From: Cirrosporium novae-zelandiae
Taxonomy: Eukaryota
Assembly (NCBI GenBank): GCA_026023565.1
Contig: JAPETS010000019.1
Span: forward strand, 1 to 64,000
Direction of reading: 5' to 3'
Length of the DNA stretch: 64,000 nt
Positions 33,905 to 45,568 of this stretch are shown piece by piece. Every line of letters begins with the position of its first letter. Within the stretch, counting starts at the first letter, position 1. The notes beneath the pieces were generated by a model. The model was not told where the DNA came from and searched no databases. It was given only the letters and a program-made list of their open reading frames with translations. Both the position numbers and the translations under genes were made by a program.

Positions 33905-36900
33905 ATATGAATGTGCTTGCTTATTGAATAACAATGCCACAATACTGAAGAAAAAAGGGTTATATCACCGGAGTAAGAATCAGTTATATATTACACAAAA
34001 AAGAATATATTCAAGGGGTCTATACTCCTATATTATCGTTGCTTGGTTGTTGTTATTATTTGCAACACTATAGGATTTCCATCTCAATCTCATTCCATTA
34101 CTCAAATCCCCCTTTCCTTACTCTCTCCTTACCCTATTCAACCCCTCACAAAAATTACTACTAAAGCACCGCTGCTTGTCATAACATATTATCTTATTCC
34201 ACAATCAAATAAATCAATCAATATGGCTCCACCTAAGGACAGTAGAAGCAAAAGTTCTGCCCCCTCAGCGTTTTTCAAAACGTATTGCTCCTCACCACAT
34301 TTTTTTATACCATTTCTTTCTTTTCTTCTCTTTTTTTCTCTACGCTTATTTTCGACCACTTCTTTCTTTCTCCTCTTTCCCCCACACTCATTTTTCCCTC
34401 GCACTTCTGCCATCCATTTCTAGCACCAAGTTCGGCGGTGCTAAAATGCGTGGGGTTTTCTTTGCTGGCTAGTTGAATACCAGAGTAAACTCAAAGGAAG
34501 TCAGTGAGACTTATATTATATAATTGAAAAATCAATTTACTCTCGAGAGAGCTATCATGCTCCTATATTAATATTATTATTGTTTTTGTAATACAACAAT
34601 CCTAGTCCCTCTATGCTTTCGAATCATTCCTTTTTTCCTTCCCACCCTCTAAGGTTATATATCATCAGACTAGAATTATCTTCACAGGAAATCCATTCGA
34701 GAGCTCTTATGGCAAGGGCTCCTATATTATTATTTATCTCTTGATTTTTGTTATTTGTTATTTTGCAACACAACCAATTCTTCCTTCCCTCCTATGTTTT
34801 TTGATTATTTCTCTTTTCTTTTTACCACCTTCAACCCCGATATCCCCAAACCAAAACCCTTTCGGGGTTGGAAAGTTGCTGGTTTTGCTGATTTCCTTTT
34901 TTTTTTCTATCAAGAGAAGAACACAACCGAACCTGAGGAAGAGGTAGATTCAACTGGTTGCTGCTCGATTTACTCGCTACCGCTCCAACTTCCTTGTCGC
35001 TGTTCTTTGCAGACGGACAGACTAGCGTTGAAAAAAAGAAGAAACTTTGATAGAAAAGAGCCCGCTGGTTTTACCCCACAGTTCCTAGGAGGAAAGTCGT
35101 GGGTCTCTGTCTGTGTCTGGTGTGTTATGCTTGTCTGTCGCCAAACACGACAGCGACAGCGATAACAAAGGCAAATACCAAAGAAACCAAAGGGGATTGC
35201 CACCATGAGGGAGGGGGTATCGACCCGATCGGTACCCTTATGTACCTTAGATACACTTGTGAGCGGTCCTTCATACGGTACCTGCATCAAGGAGGAGAAT
35301 CCAACAGTGTCGCAAACACCCTTGAAATCATCTATTCGGGTCGTGGTCGTGGTTGTGGTCGTGGTTATGGTCGTCCTGCTTACTTAAACAATATCCCTAA
35401 TGAAAAAAAGGGGGGGTTTTTCTTTTTAATATTATAATATCTCCTTCCTCGGACTGGCTCATTTATCCCCAAAGCATTCCTCTCAAATTTTCAATAAAAA
35501 CAACAACATTGGCTTTTACTTCGTGAGATGAGAAGCTTCTCTTCTGTGTTTACAGAAAAAGAAGAAGAAAAAGGCTTTTCTGGATGATGACGAGACTATA
35601 TTCCGTCTTTTGTGGATATTTATATATGTGAATTCTGGAGTTTGGAATACATCTTTCATGGATTGCTAAATAGAGAAAGCAGAGAGAGGGAGAGATAGAT
35701 TATCAAGAATGGATTTTCTCGCTCTACGAATTGTTCTGCCAGCACCTGCTACCTGGCTGGCTGGCTCTGTCACTCGGAAGCTTAGTTATCAAAGTTGGGT
35801 TTTTTCATGGTATTGATTGGCTGTTTTAGTTTTTTTTTTGGCTTTGTTTGATATATACGGTGGGGGGGAGGGTTTGGTTGGTTAAGTTCAAGACAAGAAC
35901 TTGTCTGACCGTGTCGTGTCATGTCCCTGTTGTGTTCTTTAGGATGCAGTTCTTGCATCGGGAGTTACACCGTTGTTGTCGTTGCAAGCCTGATGAAAAC
36001 TACAACAAAACGACAATCCTGGTGCAGCTAAAGCCGTGGACATACCGACCAGAGAAGATGTGATAACCCCATCGCTTCAGTTCAAAAATCTCCTATTCCG
36101 AAGAAGAAGAAGAGCAGGGGGGGATCATTTCCTACCGGGCGACAGCGTAACAATCTCTTTCATCTCACAACATAGTGTGGGTCCCATTCATCGGGAAAGC
36201 TACCGGGGGGGTGTCAGACACCCCCATATCCAAGCCTGTTGCTTGCTGTGTGGACTTCGGGTGCAGACCCTCCAGAAATTGGCTGGGGGTCTTTTGGAGT
36301 TTCCCTGTCATACGGTTTCTGGAAGGCAGGGAAGAAATTCAAGATTTATGGCAATGATCTCATGGCACTGATAGACCGATTCCTCGGAGGACAACATACC
36401 CCAACACCACACGAGCCATTCAGACCTCCACAACAATGGCGGCGGTTCTTAGATAGATGCATAGAATTAATGTAACCCGGGTGAGCCTGAACCACGCAAA
36501 AAGCTAATCGATGGGGCGTCGTGTCTGGAGCAAGAAAAACAGGTATTTAGATATTTAAATAGTATAACGATGGAAATTGATTCGCTAATTTTGAAAAAAT
36601 AGGATAGTTTGGCCATGATCTTTTGGGGAAAGATAGACATGCGTGTGTGGACAACTAAGAGAAAAAGGGTTATTTGCTATTGTTTATCTTGATGGTTTAG
36701 CAGAGGAGGGGGAGGAATAGGATGGTGGTGACGATGTGGGTTTGAACTGAGCTTGTTTACTAATTCTCTCTGGGAATTTTACTACTATGTGTGTTATGGA
36801 TAAGGGGGTTTTGAGAGAGGGGGAGTATTGGTGATGACGGTGGTGGTGGGGTTCTGATATATATTCATATACAACGATTATGAACAACAGGTACTCCATA

Positions 36901-36964
36901 ACGAAAGGAGTCTATAGGGGCAGGTTGGTCGCATCATCCCGTGGTTTTTGATTACTACGCTGTA

Positions 36965-36991
36965 GTGTGTGTGTGTGTGTGTGTGTGTGTG
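36965..36991 (+). repeat. (GT)n microsatellite
   Basis: Directly visible. Confidence 0.9.
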
Positions 36992-38345
36992 GTCCTTTAT
37001 CCTATCCTCAGACACTATCAACCAAACAAACCTCCACGAAGCAAAAGATCCTGGACAACCTCTCTAGTCGTCTACTAAGGAAGTTTGGGATATAGTTTTT
37101 GTTCTTTTCGCTGCTTTTCTTATCAGTGAAAGCTGGGAAACCAAGACGAAAGATAAAGATACTTCAAGTTGTGAATCTGATAATATTATTGGCTTGATAA
37201 TTTTCATTATTTAATCTTCGGATGGGAAAAAAAAAAAAACCTTTGATTTAATTTATTTTTTCGGGAAAATGGGGGTTTTATGTATGGTTATTAGGATAGA
37301 GAGAGAGAGAGAGGCCTTAGCAATCAAATTATATTTACTACCAACTAGTAAGGCCCTGGTCTCAGTAGGAGCTTTTACCCAGGGGACATTGTGTAAACAA
37401 ATAAGCAAGTAACCAAGGAAAGAGGTCTGGCTAGCTTGCTGGATGGTACATGTTCATCATGAACAGAATCTGTTAAAGAAATAAGTAAAGTGGTGACGGG
37501 TTAAGCGAGGTCTTTTAATCGGCAAAGGGTTATTAAGTATACAAAACCCCTTTTGGAAAGGGGAATTAGAAAAGCAATAGAAGCTGTGTATCTATCAGAG
37601 GTGAAAAGGTGTCATATGGAATATGGAAAATAATATGAATCATCGATATCAAACAATCAAGAAGATATTAGCAAACCCGCTTGACAGCTTATAACAAAAT
37701 TGGGGGAGGCGGGAGTACAATAAACTATAGAGTAAAGAAAAAGGGAATAAAAAATATCTTTTCTTTTTTTTTTTCGTTAGTGTGGTGACGATGTGTATCT
37801 TATTGTCTTTCTTATATCCGTTAAAAAACGAAGTCAAAGTTCCTTCTCTGGACATAAACTAATAGATATTGCAATTAATGTTTTTTAGTTTTTCTTACTT
37901 AGTGTTAATCACGTACAGCATCCCGTGTTTTGCCTAGTTTTTTTTTTTTTTTCCCCTGCATTTTCCTCATACTTTATCTACTTCAGTATAATCACTTTCA
38001 GCGTAGAGAGTGGCATTGAAAACACTTCGTCACAGATCCAAGGGTTGCTATTAGATTAAGGTTAATTATTCCGATATCCGAAATGCTCTTTTACCAAGCA
38101 CGTGCCAAGTAATCTTATGCGGCCATCCTGCGGGCCGAGTGAAGCTAATGTTGTAGTAAGTTTACAAAGAACTATATTTCAACTTTCGTAATCAGGTAGT
38201 TGCAAGAAGAGGGAAAGAAATTTGGATAGGTAGTGACGGCAGCCCACGCCTTGGTTGACTACTAATATTGGAGATATCTATGTAGCTATCTAGAGGCCAA
38301 CTTCTGACATCGCGTCCTGGGCTATCTTGTTATAGTCCTATGTGA

Positions 38346-39275
38346 TTATACCCTGTGCTCAAATCCCCGACACCCGCTTTCAGCTAAAGCAACCATCAAG
38401 ATCCAGAAAAAACCTTGCAACCAAACACAGATCGCTAATGTTGCCTCTTCTGCCCCGCTACAGTCCGCACTGTCCGAACTGGCTTTCGTACACGTCGCAT
38501 CGCTATACGTCTCACAATTTAGCATCCCAGTTATATCTCCCGTATTAGCATCACTATAACTTTCGATGGAGATATGACTGCACGTATCATCGAAGACGGT
38601 TATATCACTTAGATTGTCAGGCAAATCTGTGCTATCGGCACTTTCAGACCAAGCCGATGATACGTTGCAGAAGTTCCCAGAATCGCCGTCGTAGGCTTTG
38701 AACTGCTGGATTTCGAAAATCCAGCATGCTCCGCTGTAGAGGCTTAGTCTCATGAACTCGTAGATTCCAGTGTAAGTATCACCAGAAGTGTCGGTGTATT
38801 TTGGCATCTTGCTGGTAGTGGTAGTCGCGGTATTGGTAGTCGAAGCTACAGCACTGGTGGCTGCACTCGCGGTAGTGGTAGGAATAGAGGTGTAGAGCGA
38901 AATGAGTTACGAGTATACCCACGTCGCATGGTCATTATCGATCGAAGTGTCTGTGGTTAGTGTTGCGGGCTAGGTCTCCCATTGACAAGTAACGCCAGAA
39001 GGAGCGGCACCGATGAAAGTTGTCGACGATTCCGTCACGATGCATCCGTCTGCAGTTGAACATGTCCAGTCGCACTACGAATCATCACATGCAGTTGAGC
39101 AGATGCTTGCAGTTTCCGTCTCGCATTCATTACTATCATTACCATCGCTACCACTTCCACTGACACCGCCGTCTATTCCAAATGGAGAACACAACAGACA
39201 AGGATCATCGCACCATACACGGCATTTTTGTCCGCATCCTGACCATCCTGCTATACACGTAGGTGTTGGTGATCC
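38346..39275 (-). pseudogene. Fragment of a Cys/Thr-rich secreted-enzyme C-terminus (as seen on large fungal glycoside hydrolases), 3 premature stops
   Basis: One frame: GSPTPTCIAGWSGCGQKCRVWCDDPCLLC...ECETETASICSTACDDS*CDWTCSTADGC...TTTTSKMPKY...LNCETYSDATC. Stops at 39077, 38972, 38909. No catalytic N-terminus seen. Confidence 0.6.
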
Positions 39276-40360
39276 TTAGTGTCCATGACGTAGTCTTAGT
39301 GTTCAACACGGAGTCTATCGTTGTCTACGACCACGGATGAGGAGGAGGCGTAATAGTGATCGTAACAATGAGCTTAAGACATGGTTAATTGAAATTCTAA
39401 CATCCTGGATAGCTCTCATTCAAGACGTCATAAATTTCTATAAGGGAAGAGGGAGTCGAATGGTCTCATCCCATATTGGTCAGATGATTTGGTGGAGTAC
39501 ATCTTCGAGCCGGAATATAGGAACGGGGTAGGCTTTTGCGACGTTGGAGGCTTTTTCGCCGGGTACTCAAACTGATACCACCCGCATGTACCATAATTAA
39601 CTCTATGTCCAAGAGCTTTCACGTATGGCGACAACTCTGTCAAGTTAGGTAGCCGAACACCCAAGGACAGATACATCCAAGGAAGTACTTCCTCGATGTT
39701 CAATCCTCTACCAATGAGCCTTTTCACCCTCTTGCTGACCGCAGCCAAGCTACCTGATTTTGCCTGTAAGTTCTACCAGCACCCCCCTTCTTTTGCCAAG
39801 CAATCCGCACAAGACTGAAGAATCCTACAGATTCATGCTCAGAACAGGTTCAAGCCGTGCAGTCGCCATCTGTTGTTTTTTTGAACCCTTCAAGGAGGGC
39901 TACGGAAAAGCGATAGCAACCGATTTTCAATTACTTGGGTTTTTATATAATAGGATGGGATACCATCATTCCATCGAACGAGTAAAAAATGATAGAAGCA
40001 GCTCTTGTCATAACAACTATAAATCATCTCATGGTAGCCAGTAGAAAGGAGTTAAGTTATCCGTACATTTGCTAGCTTTAACTACACCATCCACTCTCGA
40101 AATAGATACTAATGTCAGGAATACCCGGAGGTAGATAGGGGCTATTAAAAAAAGTCTGAGATGATGCAGTTAGGACGGATTCATGGGAAGAAAGAAATGA
40201 AATGGATCATGGAAGCTGCAGGTACTTGAAATATGGCCCAAGGGAATAAATACCATGAGTCCTAAATCATTCTAACCCTAATTTTCTATTCCCCATGGAG
40301 ACTCTTCTCCCACAACAGCAAACCCACCAAGATCCGAAAACACAGTATTTGTTAATCAGA

Positions 40361-42815
40361 TCAAGCAAAATCTAACCCCTCAACCTTCCCTAAAAACCCT
40401 CCTTCCTCTCCTAGCCCCTGCCGCTCCAACAAAGCATCCACATCCACACCCCCACTAGTCAAATACCGCTCACTAACACCCATATTAACCCTCTCCTTCA
40501 ACAACTCCCTCAGCTCCGCCCTCCATCCTGCTAGCTCCCCTTTCGACACCCCCCGAGCTTCAATCTCTTTCTTTCTCCTCCCATTCCCCCTCCCCTTCTT
40601 CTTCCCCCCGGCCTCCATCGCCTGGAACTCATCGCTGTCATACTCCACTCCTAATTCTTCTGCCGCAGTTCGTAGCCAGTCGCCTTCGGTGTTTCGCTTT
40701 TCTTTAGCCATTTGGGAATCGGCTATTTTTTTGGAGAGGGTGGCCCGCGGTCGGATACGCGAAATGAGGCGCGGGTTAAGGTCTACGGTATTCATACCTG
40801 CGGCTTTTGTGTCGGTTTTGGAGGCTGCATGTACCTTTGCTACTAGTCTTCGCATGCCGAGGACTTCTTCAGGCGCGCAGAGAATTATGCTGGTTCCGGT
40901 GTTTTCGGCGCGGGCTGTGCGACCAGAGCGGTGCACGTACATGTCTGCGGTGCGAGGGAGGTGATAATGAATAATCAGTTCGATTCCCTTAATGTCGAGA
41001 CCCCGGGCAGCAACGTCGGTGGCAATCAGAACATTTTCTGCTCGTTGGGGGTCCGAAAAGCGTTCTACGGATCTTAGACGAGCTTTTTGGGCCATCTCGG
41101 AATGGAGGGCAAGGGATTGGATGTTGAGGTTTTGGAGGAAGGGATTTAAGCGACGGACAGCGGAGATGGAGTTTGTGAATATGAGGGTACGGGCTTTAGG
41201 GTAAAGGAGGAGGACGGCATAGAGGTGGAGGTCTTTTTCCATGGCGGGGCAGGAGAGGATGGTTTCTCGGAGGCCGGTAGCGAGTTGCGAGATTGGGTTT
41301 GTGTCGATAAACTTTGGGATGGATTGGAAATTGAGCTTTTTGAGGAGGTATTGCATGGATTCTTTTTGGGTGAGGAGGTCTCCGCCGCGGGAAATTGCTT
41401 TGCCCGATAGCTTTTGCTGCAAGCTTTTGGCAAAGGTGGCGGAGAATACAAGTGTTTGGCGTTCTACTTTGATGGAGGAAGGAGATTGACCTTCATCATC
41501 GTTGTCATCGTTCAGGCCTTCTGGAGTAGCTCCAAGATCATCATCGTGTCGGTCCAAAGCATTGAGAATTTGCTCCACTTCTTGAAAATGGCCCTCGCTA
41601 AGCAGGCGGTCTGCTTCATCGACGACAAGAAACTTGATCTGTTGAAGCCATTTTGATAGACCTTTCCCTTCACTGATGATTTCCCATAATCGGCCGGGTG
41701 TTCCAATAACCACATCAGCATGCCGTAACTGGCGCTGCTGCTTTTGAAGTGAAAGACCCCCTGTCAAGGTAGCAATTCGTGGAAAATTAGCCACTGCATT
41801 CTTACAGAGGTTTGTAAGATGAGATGTCAATTGGTGAGCAAGTTCACGAGTGGGGGAAAGAATCAAGGCAAGTGGAGGTCGAGTGCTATTTTCCGAATTC
41901 GCTTTTTCGCTATCATCGTCATCGCGATGCAGTTCAAGGTAGTATTCTAGTATCGGAATACCGAATGCGAGAGTTTTCCCCGAGCCAGTCGAGGCTTTGC
42001 CAATCACATCATGTCCTGCTAGTATTTTGGGTATAGCTTGAGATTGGATTGGAGTAGGATTCGGGAATTTCATCTTCGAAAGGGATGAAAGCGTTGCCGC
42101 AGAGAGATTCAGAGGTCGCCACGCCGAAACTGCAAAAACAAATGTAAGGTTAGGATTGGAAAAAGTAGATTGGGGGTTGTATACCATCGGCATCTTCCTC
42201 ATCCTCGTCTCCCTTCTCTAAAATGTCAAATGGATTTGTGGGTTCAGGAGCACCCGTGCTTATTTTAGAAGCTTTCTTTAGCTGTTTTTCTTTCTTGGAA
42301 TCCTTTTTCTTGTTTTTCTTGGTGTCCACTTTAACATCTGGAGTCGTAGGATTTGCGCTTTGTTTCAAGATAGACTTGGGATGTAGCTCCTCATTTTCCT
42401 TCTCATGAATTTCCTCCTCATCACCAAAGCCAGACCATTCATCCGCCGAACCATCTTGGTCATCATCATTGCCTGTGTCTTGTTCCGTCTTCTGCAATTC
42501 CTTGTCCGATTTCACTTTGAACTCGAGAATTCCAGTAGCCTCATCTCGAACAACATCGACACCTTCAATCTCCTCCAACCCATAAAAACCTTCAGCATCT
42601 TCGAATCGGTCGGGTAGAGAAATCGCCTGCCACGCTAAGGAGTTGACTGGAACAGCTTTGCGAACAGGTCTGGCGGCCTTGCGAGATGATTTGGAAAGTT
42701 CTTGGACCGTTGAAAGCTTCGTATTTTGGGCCTTGGAGACCTTCACTCGCTTACGCTGATCCTTTTGTGAGATATTATTAGTTTCTCGCTGTCGTTTACC
42801 CGTGGTTGGCGCCAT
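40361..42815 (-). CDS. MAK5: ATP-dependent DEAD-box RNA helicase MAK5/DDX24; exons 42815-42185, 42129-40361
   Basis: GFYGLEEIEGV N-terminal motif, PTPIQ, ASTGSGKT, SPTRELA, TPGRL, DEAD, SAT, ATDVAARGLD, YVHRSGRTARA. A 55-nt GT-AG intron joins EEDAD|VSAW. Confidence 0.95.
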
Positions 42816-43015
42816 TGTTATTGAATAGTGGGATTTTGAAATTTGCGCTGTTAGAAAAGCGGAAGTCGGAGCGGGGAGTAACAAAATTCCATCAGCCCTA
42901 CCACGAACTTGATTGGTTCCACACGAACGCCGGTTCTTAACATCATTTTCAAATTAATTCAAGCACAAAATACTCAAAGCGCTTAATCCTCTTGGTGTTT
43001 CATTAGGGTTACAAG

Positions 43016-44182
43016 ATGGGTAAAGCCTCCAAGGATAAGCGCGATGCTTATTATCGTCTTGCCAAGGAACAGGGCTGGCGTGCTCGTTCTGCCTTCAAAC
43101 TACTGCAGATTGATGAAGAATTCAATCTATTTCAAGATGTAACAAGAGTTGTAGACTTGTGCGCGGCACCAGGAAGTTGGAGCCAAGTACTTAGTCGTGT
43201 GTTAATTCAACGTGAAACTCTCGGCAGACGAGCATGGGCAGAGAAACATCGAAAGTTCAATCAAGGCACTTTAGATATTGAAAGTTCCAAGACCGATGAA
43301 AACGAAGATAAGGTGCTAGAAGGAGAGGTCTTGAAGCCCAGAGAAAATGTGAGGATTGTGGCGATCGACCTACAGCCTATGGAGCCTTTGGAGGGGGTTA
43401 CTCAACTCACCGCGGACATTACACATCCTACCACTATTGAGCGGCTATTGAAAGCGTTAGATCCAGACACCTACGATTCTCGAGATACTACTGCTCAACG
43501 ACCGGTGGATTTGGTACTCTCGGATGGAGCTCCAGATGTTACTGGCTTACATGATTTAGACATCTATGTCCAGGCACAACTACTGTGGTCGGCTTTGAAC
43601 CTAGCTATGTGTGTCCTCAAGCCAGGTGGGAAATTCGTGGCCAAGATTTTCAGAGGAAAGGACGTCGATCTCATCTATGCCCAGCTGAAAGGGGTTTTTA
43701 AGCGTGTACACGTTGCCAAGCCGAGAAGTAGTCGAGCTAGCAGTATCGAAGCTTTTGTTGTTTGCGAAGGATACTGCCCGCCTGTAGGGTTTAAACCTAG
43801 TTTGGAGAACCCATTAGGGGCGGGTGCTAGATTGCCTAGCAAAGAACCGCAAATGGATAACAAGAAAGCAGAATGGGTCGATGGAAAACGGCGAACAGTT
43901 GGAGAGGATGGAATTACTATTCTTGAGTTTGAGTCGAATGATGACAATCAGAATTCAAGCGATAAGGACAAAAACCCAGACCATGGAACTGAGAACAGAT
44001 GGGTTGCCCCGTTTTTGGCTTGCGGAGATCTTTCTGGCTGGGATGCCGACGCCACATACCATCTTCCTTCAAACCATATCACTTTAGACCCGGTTCGCCC
44101 ACCAACAGCGCCGCCCTATAAACAAGCATTGGAGATGAAAAGAGCTGCTGGTGGTGGAAATGGAAAAACGATCAAAACGTAG
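43016..44182 (+). CDS. TRM7: tRNA (C32/G34) 2'-O-methyltransferase, FtsJ family
   Basis: [92 protein letters not shown]. Confidence 0.95.
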   Translation: MGKASKDKRDAYYRLAKEQGWRARSAFKLLQIDEEFNLFQDVTRVVDLCAAPGSWSQVLSRVLIQRETLGRRAWAEKHRKFNQGTLDIESSKTDENEDKVLEGEVLKPRENVRIVAIDLQPMEPLEGVTQLTADITHPTTIERLLKALDPDTYDSRDTTAQRPVDLVLSDGAPDVTGLHDLDIYVQAQLLWSALNLAMCVLKPGGKFVAKIFRGKDVDLIYAQLKGVFKRVHVAKPRSSRASSIEAFVVCEGYCPPVGFKPSLENPLGAGARLPSKEPQMDNKKAEWVDGKRRTVGEDGITILEFESNDDNQNSSDKDKNPDHGTENRWVAPFLACGDLSGWDADATYHLPSNHITLDPVRPPTAPPYKQALEMKRAAGGGNGKTIKT

Positions 44183-44252
44183 AGAACTGTCCTTACACGC
44201 CATGTATACTTTTGCCTGTTCGATATTTTTCATGTCTGATGGTCCGAATACC

Positions 44253-45245
44253 CTAAGCGACTGGCTTGATACCCTTGTGAATTGCTGCAATACCGCCAGT
44301 CAGATTTTCCCATCCCCTGACGCTAGGCACGACAAAGCCAGCCTTGCGGATCATATCTTGGAATTCCTCCTGCGAGGGAAATTTCTCTATACTTTCAACA
44401 AGGTATTGATAGCTGTCTCGGTCTCCAGTAACGACTAGACCAATTAAAGGGATAGCGCCGAAGCTCCACCTCTTATAGATAGAATCAAATATGGGCCATT
44501 GCACCTTAGAGAATTCAAGGCATGCAAAGACCCCTCCAGGCTTGAGCACTCTGAATGCCTCATTCAAAGCGGCCTGCTTGTCTGTAAAATTTCGAATCCC
44601 AAAAGCGACCGTGTAAAGATCAAGGGAGTTGCTTGGTATATTCGGCATATACTCTGCGTTTGCCTCCATGAAGCTTAAGCGATTGCCACCAGCCCAATCA
44701 GTGTCCATGCTACGTTTCTTCCCTTCTTTCAGCATATCTACATTGATGTCGGCGACCGTAACACGAGTGTCAAAATCGTTGTTCACATAGGTAGCATGCG
44801 ATAGCATCCGGAATGCAATATCGCCAGTACCTCCAGCGACATCAAGAATATTCCAGCCTTCTTCCGGCTCTGCCGGCGCTGATAACGACGAATGAAGTTT
44901 GGATCCAGGGTTAATTGACCGTACGAAGTGATCTTTCCACAAGCGGTGGATTCCGAGAGACATGAGATCGTTCATGGTATCGTAGCTTTTCGCGACGGAA
45001 GAGAAAACATGGCCCACTATTTAATTGTAAGTTTTGATTCAGAACTGAGAGCGAAACGAAATAACACCTCTTGCCTGTTTCTCAGATTCCGGGATCGTCT
45101 CGAATCCAAAGTTGGTGGTCTTCTCATTGAATTGCTCCTGAGCTAGCCGAACAGAGAAAGAGAAGCATCTGTAGGGTTGCTGGCGATTAAGCAAGCTACG
45201 GCTCAATTGCCTAGAAAAGTTTGCACTGAATGGTCGGGGAGGCAT
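44253..45245 (-). CDS. COQ5: Ubiquinone biosynthesis C-methyltransferase; exons 45245-45068, 45016-44253
   Basis: TNFGFETI..KQAR|VGHVFSSVAKSYDTMNDLMSLGIHRLWK, LDVAGGTGDIAFR, YTVAFGIRN, RVLKPGG, SYQYLVESIEKFP. Mitochondrial-like presequence. Confidence 0.95.
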
Positions 45246-45568
45246 TTTGGATCCTGTGGTCTTGTGATGGAGGATAGATCGACAAGGTACCTAACAAGTT
45301 TGATGGGATGAAGTTTGATGAAAGTTAACATGTTCCCCATAAGGCTGAGGCTAGTGCCCAGTAGAGTTGAGGATGCATGTGGGACATAGTGGTCAAAGCT
45401 TCTTTTGTGCCGGCCTTAAACTGGCCCGGGAGCTTCCCCGCATCTTGCTTCCATCCCGTGGCCTTGACCCCTTGTGATAACTGTTTCTCCTCCCACCATT
45501 ATAATGCCATTTTTCTAATCTATAATTTCTGGGTGAAACGTAATTGAATCCATACAGTATCTAAAGTT

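Larger units (their letters stand above)
28890..34780 (+). repeat. Degenerate tandem array B (~300-bp base unit, >=10 copies, interrupted by inserts)
   Basis: Core ACAAAA..TTATTCGAGAGAGCTC..GCTCTTATATTA, with GCTCTTATATT-type anchors at 28929, 30065, 31241, 31589, 32546, 33334, 33624, 34024, 34559, 34718. Near-identical ~75-bp pair at ~33397-33470 and ~33680-33750. Confidence 0.75.

Noticed and set aside
26765..34780. CRISPR-like or centromere interpretation of the repeat arrays
   Set aside because: Eukaryotic context, long degenerate units, irregular spacers and no cas genes rule out CRISPR. A centromere cannot be supported from sequence alone, and the region is short and only moderately AT-rich.
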